Source: the human T2T-CHM13v2.0 reference genome, Homo sapiens
Reading direction: 5' to 3' (one strand)
Assembly: GCF_009914755.1 (NCBI RefSeq)
Contig: NC_060948.1
Length of the DNA: 64,000 nt
Part shown: piece after piece, positions 55,193 to 64,000 of the stretch
Numbering within the stretch: the first letter of the stretch is position 1
How the letters are laid out: every line of letters starts with the position of its first letter
Notes under the pieces: model-generated
What the model was told of the DNA's origin: nothing
Seen by the model: only the letters and a program-made list of their open reading frames with translations
The model's database searches: none
Translations under genes and position numbers: made by a program

Positions 55193-55505
55193 GGCCGGGT
55201 GCATTGGCTCACACCTGTAATCCCAGCGCTTTCGGAGGCTGAGGCGGGCAGATCATGAGGTCAGGTGATTGAGACCATCCTGGCCAACATGGTGAAGCCC
55301 CGGCTCTACTAAAAACACAAAAATTAGCTGGGAGTGGTGTTGCATGCCTGTAATCACAGCTACACAGAAGGCTGAGGCAGGAGAATCGCTTGAACCAGGG
55401 AGTTAGTAGTTGCAGTGAACCGAGATCACACCACTGCATTCCAGCCTAGCAACAGAGGAAATCTCTGTCTTAAAAAAAGAAACAAAGAAACAAAAACAAA
55501 GAAAG
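55193..55505 (+). mobile_element. AluS (Sc-like)
   Basis: gatcatgaggtcagg (2-nt deletion), gagaccatcctggccaacatgg; imperfect TSD ga(a/g)ac(g/a)taga. Confidence 0.92.
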
Positions 55506-56833
55506 AGACATAGAAACATACCCATCAGTGTTACTCAGGAGGGTTCTGGTTCCTGTTTTGCACTTGGCAGTACACACTTGTTCTTGTCCACATTATCCTC
55601 CATCTGTCCACATGATCAACCATCTGCAGTCCCACCACCAGCCAAGGGTCGTGCCAGGTCAGAAGTACTACTCCAGGTCAAACTGTGTTATTTTGAAATG
55701 GAGTTATTTGTTATTGTTGTTCTTACTCAAACTAGCAGTTTTCCTTTGTAGAAGAACTCGGTTTCCACTCTGGGTTAAATATTTCGTTTATGTGATCAAG
55801 ATTATCTCTGTCCATCAGATACAGCAGTGAGAAACCCTTTTATAGGAAATGGGGTTAAAAGTGACAGGATATCTATAATTGTTTATTTTGTTTGCTAAAT
55901 TGCAGGTAAATATATTCGCAGAACTAGTTTTGATAACCTTTTTAAAAATAGGCTTATTTGACGTTGGCTGAAACTAAGACTCTAGAACTTTACTGCTACA
56001 TCAATGAATGACAAGTCTCTCTATTCAGCATGAAATCCCTGCAGACAAAAACCACAGGGACTACATCATGAAGGCTATGAGAATTTTATGGTGGAAACCT
56101 GAGTGAAGCAGGTGGTAGAAGAATCTAATGTAGTACCATGCCCACAGGAGATGATCTAAGAATGCCCTCACACCTAACCTTGCAAGTTTTCTACCTTCTG
56201 TGTCTTGGTTTCCTCTAATTTCTTTGTCTCTTTTCTCCCTTTTAATTTAATAGGGTTTGCTGAAGACTTTCTCTCTTCCAAGGTCAAGTGTTAGTCATCT
56301 CTGGGCTTTGCCGTTAGATACTCATCATAGTCTAACAATGAATGTAAGCACTGAGGAAGTAAGTAATGGTGACAATGTGGATGTTCCTTTTGGTATCATT
56401 TTTCTCATGCTCTGTAAATCTTGGTGGTCTCATATTCATATTATTGAATACCAATGCTTAACCCCTCTCTGCCGTCTTTACAGAAGTCCCCTGGTCTACC
56501 TCTCTCTACGTGTCTAAAATTGTAGAATTGTCTTCTAGACACTCTATTGCAAATTCCCTTCTGCACAAGCCCAACATTTCACAGAAGGAGCAGGTGGGGG
56601 GCAATGAAAGAGAGCATGGCTCAATTGTAGCAATTGAAAGGCAAGCTTTGTCTCATCAGCTGCAGTGTTTACTACTTGAGGATGGGAATTTGATTGGTGT
56701 ATCTTTACATTTTATCAAAGTGGGTTTCACCATGGAAGCATTCAGTGGTACCTCAGTGAATAATTATAATTAGCTAGGATTTCTTTGGAGGATATTTATT
56801 GTTCTAAATTTGTATATATTTATATGTACATAC

Positions 56834-57214
56834 TGTATTAGTTCATTTTCATGCTGCTGATAAAGACATAACTGAGACTGGGTAATTTATAAAGTAAAAG
56901 AGGTTTAATAAACTCATAGTTCTTTGTGGTTGGGAGGCCTCACAGTCCTGGCAAAAGGCAAGGGAAGAACAAAGGCACATCTTACATGGCAACAGGCAAA
57001 AAGAGAGAGCTTGTGCAGGGGAACTCCTCTTTAAAAAACCATCAGATCTTGTGACCTCATAGTTCACATGAGAACATGACAATGAATAAGTCATGGGTGG
57101 AAACTGCCCCCATGTTTCAATTATCTCCCACTGGGTCCCTCCCCTTACATGTGGGAATTATGAGAGCTACAATTCTAGATGAGATTTGTGTGGAGACACA
57201 GCCAAACCATGTCA
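56834..57214 (-). mobile_element. THE1 (THE1B/C) solo LTR
   Basis: tgtattagttcattttcatgctgctgataaagacata...gacacagccaaaccatgtca; perfect 5-bp TSD catac at 56829-56833 and 57215-57219. Confidence 0.93.
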
Positions 57215-57328
57215 CATACATATGCATATCTTTATGTAGGGGATCTTTATGTAAGGTATGTGAATACAGGTGTGTATATTCATATACTCTTGTACTTTCT
57301 CAAACACATACCATAGAATGTGTAATAA

Positions 57329-58994
57329 TGTGTCTGGAATTGGTGGGTTCTTGGTCTCACTGACTTCAAGAATGAAGCTGCGGACCCTCGCGGTGAGTGT
57401 TATAGCTCTTAAGGTGGCGCGTCTGGAGTCTGTCCCTTCTGATGTTCAGATGTGTTCAGAGTTTCTTCCTTCTGGTGGGTTCGTGGTCTCGCTGGCTCAG
57501 GAGTGAAGCTGCAGACCTTCGCGGTGAGTGTTACAGCTCTTAAGATAGTGCATCTGGAGTTGTTCATTACTCCTGGTGGGCTCGTGGTCTTGCTGGGCTC
57601 AGGAGTGAAGCTGCAGATCTTCACAGTGAGTGTTACAGCTCATAAAAGCAGCGTGGACCCAAAGAGTGAGCAGTAGCAAGATTTATTGCAAAGAGCAAAA
57701 GAGCAAAGCTTCCACAGTGTGGAAGGGGACCCGAGTGGGTTGCCAATGCTGGCTCAGGCAGCCTGCTTTTATTCTCTTATCTGGCCCCACCCACATCCTG
57801 CTAATTGTAGAGCCGAGTGGCCTGTTTTGTCAGGGCGCTGATTGGTGCATTTACAGTGCCTGAGCTAGATACAAAGGTTCTCCATGTCCCCATCAGATTA
57901 GTTAGATACAGAGTTTCGACACACAGGTTCTCCAAGGCCCCACCAGAGCAGCTAGATACAGAGTGTCGATTGGTTCATTCACAAACCTTGAGCTAAACAC
58001 AGGGTGCTGATTGGTGTATTTACAATCCTCGAGCTAGATACAGAGTGCCGATTGGTGTATTTACAATCCCTGAGCTAGACATAAAGGTTCTCCACGTCCT
58101 CACCAGAGCAGCTAGATACAGAGTGTCGACTGGTGCACTCACAAACCTTGAGCTAAACACAGGGTGCTGATTGGTGTATTTACAATCCCTGAGCTAGATA
58201 TAAAGACTCTCCACGTCCTCACAAGAGCAGCTAGATACAGTGTCGATTGGTGCACTCACAAACCTTGAGCTAAACACAGGGTGCTGACTGATGTATTTAC
58301 AATCCCTGAGCTACATATAAAGATTCTCCACGTCCCCACCAGACTCAGGAACCCAGCTGGCTTCACCTAGTGGATCCCACACCGAGGCTGCAGGTGGAGC
58401 TCCCTGCCAGTCCTGCACCATGCGCTCACATTCCTCAGCCCTTGGGTGGTCGATGGGACTAGGCGCTGTGGAGCATGGGGTGGTGCTCCTTGGGGAGGCT
58501 CGGGCCGCACAGGAGCCCATGGAGTGGGTGGGAGGCTCAGACATGGTGGGCTGCAGGTCCTGAGCCCTGCCGCATGGGAAGGCAGCTGAGGCCCAGCTAG
58601 AAATTGAGTGCAGCGCCAGTGGGCCAGCACTGCTGGGGGACTCAGTACACCCTCTGCTGCCACTGGCCCGAGTGCTAAGTCCCCCATTGCCCGGGGCCAG
58701 CAGCGCTGGCCGGCTGCTCCGAGTGCGGGGCCCGCCAAGCCCACGCCCACCCGGAACTCCAGCTGGCCCACAAGTGCTGCACGCAGCCCCAGTTCCTGCT
58801 CACTCCTCTCCCTCCACACCTCCCTGCAAGCTGAAGGAGTGGGCTCCAGCCTTGGCCAGCCCAGAAAAGGGCTCCCACAGTGCAGTGGAGGGGCTGAAGG
58901 GCCCCTCAAATGCCACCAAAGTGGGAGCCCAGGCAGGGGAGGTGACGAGAGCCAGCGAGGGCTCTGAGGACTGCCAGCATGCTGTCACCTCTCA
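57329..58994 (-). mobile_element. LTR12 (LTR12C-like), 3' LTR of a HERV9 provirus
   Basis: Minus-strand termini tgagaggtgacagc...ccaattccagacaca; U5 repeats gcggtgagtgttacagctc; U3 tandem repeats; polypurine tract at 58995-59007. Confidence 0.95.
57835..58320 (-). promoter_or_regulatory. LTR12 U3 tandem enhancer array with CCAAT (NF-Y) and GATA motifs
   Basis: About six attgg boxes in gattggtg units alternating with gctagata; known ERV9 LTR enhancer architecture; activity not shown here. Confidence 0.75.
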
Positions 58995-59003
58995 ATCCCC
59001 CCT

Positions 59004-60860
59004 CTAAACAGGACACCCCAACTGCTGTTGGGAATTTGGCCAATGACCGCTTTGGCTACTTCCTGCTGCATAGGGGTGAAGAAGGGGCCCTGAAGTTGTG
59101 GTATCCTTCAGAGGGGAACTCTCTAGGCCAGGGGAAGTGCCAGCAAGTCGGTCCAGGGGTCCTCGGTAGAAGTTGTTAGTTGAACTCATTTGGGGTTCCA
59201 TTTGTAAGACCATCTGTAGCTTGATGGCCTCAATTCTAGAGGAAACAAACTTGACAAGAAGGTTAAAAATACAGGGCCCAAAGGCGAGTAACAGCAAGAT
59301 GGCTGCCACAGGACCTAGAAAGGGGAGAAGCCATGTTGCCCAACTCCAGAGGTTGGTATAAGAATTTGAAAGGCGTTGTCTGATTTCAGAAGCCTTTTCC
59401 AGTAAACGCCGGGCAGCATCTCGTACTATCCCTGATTAGTTAGTGTAAAAACAACACTCTTCCCCTAAGAAGGTGCAGAGTCCTCCTTTCTCAGCAGTGA
59501 GGCAGTCTAGACCTCGGCGGTTTTGGAGAGTCACTGCTGCCAAAGAGTCTATTTGGGATTGTAAAGTAAGAAGATTTTGTTATTTCTTGCAAACTATCTG
59601 ACAAATCGTTTGAGAGTGTGTGGTAGTAGGATAATGAAGTTGATAGACCAGCTATTCTGGTTCCTGTAGCAGTAGCCATTCCTAACACTATAAGTAGGGG
59701 TATTAGTTGTACGGCTCTGCGCTGACGGACTTGAGCTTTGAGGGGTACTGATAAGGTCTGATTTCCTGGGACAATGTTAATGTTAGGACTTAGAAAGACT
59801 AAGGTGCATGTGCCTGTCCAGTTAGTGGGGAGGCAGATATAGGTTGACATTCCACATAAGAAGAATATGCCTTGGCTGGGTAGACAGAACTGGTTATGTA
59901 TGTTAAAAAAGGTGTGTGAGTTTGTTGTTTTCATTTTCCCATACTCCTAGAGTACTTGCCAAGGTACCTCCAGTGAGCAGCTGGAAAGGGGTGTTGGGAG
60001 AAAACTGAGTGGCTCCCTGTGTTCTATTTTCCCATCGGAGAAAAAAATGTTTTGTATCCACTAGGAACCATCTGATAGAGTGATTGAAAGAGGGGATGAG
60101 AAGGCATTCACTAGTGGTAGGGGCGCTGTTGCAGGGAGTCCAGGGGTGATTGGTCATGCAGGGAGTATGTTTGCCATTGCAAAACCTGGACTGTTTGTTC
60201 ACCAGGGAGGAGGTGATGATTTTGGGGGGCACTGAGAAGCAGAGAAGGCATCAGAATGGAGCTGTTTGGGTGACTCAAAAGTTACTATGATCATTTGGAG
60301 CTTGAAGTTGTAAGGTGTAATTACACTGATGCGTTGGTAGGTGCCGCAGAGGCAGGCCTGATAACAGGTTGCATTGGATGCATAAAGGGGCTTGGAAAGT
60401 TAAGATAGTGTTCGTGGTTACAAGGCTTTTCATTGCTTGTGTAATAGGTGAGGTTGGAAATGTAAGAACATAAAATTTGGGTTGCACGTCCTGTTAGGGT
60501 ACTTTTGGTCCCATCAGATATTGGGAAGTCAGCCAATGATTGCATATTTAGAAGTTGGAAAGGGTCTTTTCCTTCGTAACGAGGGTGGAAGGTCAAGTTG
60601 GTAAAGACCCAGTTTTTTGCAGGAATGGGAGTGGCAACGTAGGCAGAGGTTGATAGAGAGATACACAGCCAACAGTCATTTGCCAGGGAAGTATTGGACT
60701 GGTTTAACAGAGTGTGAGTTAAGTTGAGAGTCTTGTAGAGGTAATTAGGAGCTAGTGAAAGGGGAGGGGTGATTGTATGAGGTTTCCAAGGAAGCAGGAG
60801 GGATACACAGGCAAAGAGCAAATAGGAAGGTAAAGAGGGTGCTCCAGAAAATGAGATCAT
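59004..60860 (-). pseudogene. env: HERV9 env, frameshifted
   Basis: Signal-like MISFSGAPSLPSYLLF; CWLC motif; furin site RQRR/AVQLIPLL; immunosuppressive domain LQNRRGLD near 59505-59530; TM tail LAFGPCIFNLLVKFVSSRIEAIKLQM. Confidence 0.92.
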
Positions 60861-61018
60861 TTTATCTAGTCTGAGTTAGAGGTAGGAGTAAATTACTGTC
60901 AAAAGGAAGGAAGATAGAAAGGAGGTTGATGTGATTAGGATTTTCATTCTGGCAGGAGCTAGAGTATATTGTCCTATCACAAAGAGTATGGTTAGTGTGC
61001 TGTTTTCACTTATCTTTT

Positions 61019-62830
61019 TTAAGGAGGAAGAGGTCTTTCCTCAGGATCAGTGGTAGGAGCCTTTTTAGTCTGGGATGTTTCCTTCTGAAATAAGAGGTGC
61101 AAGTCCTCCAACGGTTCGCAGGTGTATCGAAGCTGGTCTGGCTGATCTTGGGACTCCTGAGCTGATGATCCAGCAGGTTCCTCAGGAGATGTCCAAAGTT
61201 TAACTCGGGTGTGGTGAATCCAAGTTTCCACTCCTGCCATGTTAACTGCAATGGGAGTAGAGAGGATTATAGAGTATGGTCCTTCCCACAAAGAGTCCAT
61301 AGATGGGGAGGTAGAGGGAAGAGATTTGACCAACACTAGATCTCCTGGTTGAAACAACTCTGTTCCCTGTTCTCTGTGACATCCTTCAGGTAGATTTTTA
61401 AGGTTTTGTTGATATTTTGCCAAAGTTATATCTTTGACAAAGTTGGCCATTTCCTGATTGAGTAGGAGGTCATTTGTGAGAAAAGGTCGCCCATACAGCA
61501 TTTCATATGGACTGAGCCCTATTTTGTGGGGAGAATTTCGAATTCTCAACAAGGCCATGGGCAAAAGAGTAGGCCATGGGAGGTGAGTTTCTTGTGTTAG
61601 TTTCCTTAAGTGCCTCTTGAGTGTTTGATTTGCCTTCTCAACCTTCCCAGAGGATTGTGGCCTCCAGGAGCAATGAAGGCGATATTGTATCCCTAGTGCC
61701 TTGGAGATTCCCTGAGTTATCGTGGCTTTAAAAGCTGGAACATTCTCACTCTGTAAGCTTTGGGGAAGCCTGAATCTAGGAATTATTAGGACTTTAATCA
61801 CTTCCTGAGCCTTCTCTGTCTTGTAAGAGAAAGCTTCTATCCAATTTGTAAAGGTATCAACACAGACCAACAAGTATTGAAATCCCTTTGACTTAGGCAT
61901 ATGGGAGAAGTCTAACTGCCAGTCCTCTCCGGGATAGTGACCTATTCTTTGTTCCCCCACAGGGGCCTTATGATATACCAAGGGATAATTCTTTTGGCAC
62001 ACCTCACAGGCTTTGACTACCTGTCAGATGGTCTGGAGGAGATTTGGCCCTGTAAATAGGGATTTGGCCATTTGATTAGTGTTTTCAATACCCATATGAA
62101 AAGTTTGGTGGAGGGTCTTAAGTATTTTCCACTGGCTGCCTTCCGGTATAAGTACCTTTCCTTCTTCTGTCACCAACCACCCTGAAGGGAGAAAACTATG
62201 CCCCCATGAAAGTCCCCATTCTGTTTCAGTCCGGGAATACTGGGGCTTCATCTCCTGGAGGGGGTTGTTCCATACCAAGGGTCCTTCCATAGGCATTTCT
62301 AATGGGACATTCCTCCTGGCAGCAGCTTTGACCTCAGCATCTGCCTGATGGTTTCCTTCTGCCTTTTCTCCTTCACCTTTCTGATGGCTTTGTCAGTGTA
62401 AGATTCCCACCTCTTTGTGTTTTTTCACTGTGTGACTGGGCGGGCATTTTTTTGCCCTTTCAGATTGTCCTTCCAATGCCCAGACTTCAGGGTTGATTCC
62501 CTCCTCAAGTAGGGGACAACAAATGGGTAAATTGTTCCCCATATTCATGTAGATAATAGCTCCAGCCTTGGCTAATATATCCCTCCCTAATAAGGGTGTG
62601 GGACTTTCAGGCATAACAAGAAAGGCATGTGAAAAGAGCAGAGTCTCCCAATTACAACTGAGGAGATGGGAGAAATACCTGATTACAGGCTGCCCCAGGA
62701 TTCCTCAGATGGTAACTGACCTTGAGGACAGTCGTCCAGGACAGGAGATTAACACTGAGAAGGCTGTGCCAGTATCCAGGAGGAAGTCAATTTCCTGGTC
62801 ATCAATAGTTAAACATACCTGGGGCTCAGT
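61019..62830 (-). pseudogene. pol: HERV9 pro-pol remnant: protease, RNase H C-terminus and integrase; RT deleted
   Basis: Protease FLLDTG at ~62770-62787 and LLGRD; integrase WQLDF, VDTFT, PQSSGKVE and WEGPY motifs. Confidence 0.93.
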
Positions 62831-62920
62831 GAGGGTGATGACATGAGCTGGTGCTAGCCCCTGGCACCCTCATTCCTTCTGTTGGATCATCTGGTTGGGG
62901 GCTTCTGACCCAGGGAAACT

Positions 62921-64000
62921 TCATCCTCTGGGGCAGTGCACCTTCCAGTGATTGCCTCGGCATAGTGGACACGGACGAGGGGGCAGCTTGTTTCTTATTG
63001 GACAATCTTTTTTAAAATGTCGTAGTAAACCGCACTGATAACAAGCCCTACCAGGTGATTGGCCTGCTCCATTTTCTGACCTCTCTGAACCACCAAAGTT
63101 TGTTTGTCTGAGGGCCATGACTAAGGCTGTGGCCTTTCTCTGATCTCGCTTTTCCTTTTGGGCCTGTTCTTCTTGGTCCCTATTATAGAACACTGAGGTT
63201 GCCAGGTTTAATAATGTCTCTAGATTTTGTTCAGGGCCCAGGGCTTGCTTTTGGAGCTTTCTCCTGATATCTGCAGCTGATGGATTGGGTAATAAACATA
63301 TCTTTTAGAATCAATTGACCCTCAAGTGATTCAGGTGACAGGGGAGTATATTTTCTTAAGGCCTCTCGTAGCCGCTCGAGGAAGGCAGAAGGTTTTTCTT
63401 CCTTTCCCTGGGTTATGGTAGATATCATTGAATAATTCATGGGCTTTTTTCTAATTCTCCTTAGTCCTTCCAGAACACAGGTCAATAGATGTTTACAACT
63501 CCAGTCCCCATGATCTGAGTCAAGGTCCCAGTGGGGATCCGTACTGGGGATGGCTTGCTGACCAGTAGGGAATTTGTCCCTTTCTTCAGCTGTCATTCTA
63601 TCATTTACTTGACTAAGACACCAGGTATCTCCAAACTCCTAGGCTGCAGCTAAAGCCGCATTCTTTTCATTAAAGGCCAGGGTTTGAACTATCAGTAGCA
63701 TGACATCTCTCCAAGTGAGGTCAAAGGTTTGCCCTAGATGCTGTAGGACATCTATGTACCTATCAGGATCATCTGAAAACTTCCCCAGGTCTGCCTTGAT
63801 CTGCTTTAAATCAGAGAGGGAGAAGGGGACATATACCCGGGTTGGGCCAAATTCCCCTCCTGCTACAGATTGAAGGGGACATAACCGACAGCCCGGGGGT
63901 TTTTGTGGTCCTTTGGAGATTTCTTTGCTTGTTTCCTTCCGGGCAGGGGAGATTAGAGGAGGAGTATCAATAATAGGAAGGGGAGCTATAGGGAGGCTAG
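62921..64000 (-). pseudogene. gag: HERV9 gag (CA/NC), disrupted
   Basis: MHR QGKEEKPSAFLERLREAL; zinc knuckles CYQCGLLRHFKKDC and CPLCRGNHWKVHC. Confidence 0.93.

Larger units (their letters stand above)
58995..64000 (-). mobile_element. HERV9 (ERV9) internal region, continues beyond the window
   Basis: Collinear gag-pro-(deleted RT/RH)-IN-env-PPT-LTR12. Confidence 0.95.

Noticed and set aside
57835-58320. Regularly spaced ~40-bp repeats resembling a CRISPR array
   Set aside because: The intervening sequences are themselves repeated, there are no cas genes, and the array is the standard LTR12 U3 tandem repeat in primate DNA
58311-59007. Overlapping 60-180 aa GC-rich ORFs
   Set aside because: They lie within GC-rich LTR12 U3, where stop codons are rare
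59004-60860. Syncytin-like captured env gene
   Set aside because: Split over at least five ORF fragments, with frameshifts including one in the immunosuppressive domain

Overview
Eukaryotic, primate (human-like) non-coding DNA dominated by transposable elements. I can support no host protein-coding exon, RNA gene or CRISPR array, and nearly all listed ORFs are decayed L1/HERV9 frames or by-products of Alu, LTR and simple repeats. Content: about 10 L1 copies (one full-length ~6.15 kb L1PA4-like element, four with twin-priming 5' inversions, one with a ~3 kb microhomology-bounded ORF2 deletion), about 16 Alu/FLAM copies, several MaLR and MER4/MER39-type LTRs, a Tigger5/MER47 DNA transposon, and a minus-strand HERV9 provirus (LTR12 3' LTR, env, integrase, RT/RNase H deleted, protease, gag) running off the right edge. 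Most notable observations: (1) a ~1 kb tract with shared private mutations in two L1s of different subfamilies 25,821 bp apart, suggesting ectopic gene conversion; (2) a ~150 bp, ~90% identical inverted repeat that I cannot assign to a TE; (3) a snap-back plus L1-templated insertion in the middle of a 14-bp hairpin; (4) a CpG-rich 18-bp VNTR built of GCGTG motifs; (5) a cluster of micro-duplications around a G-quadruplex motif. I do not see a novel gene system. Subfamily names come from recalled consensus sequences and need RepeatMasker/Dfam confirmation.
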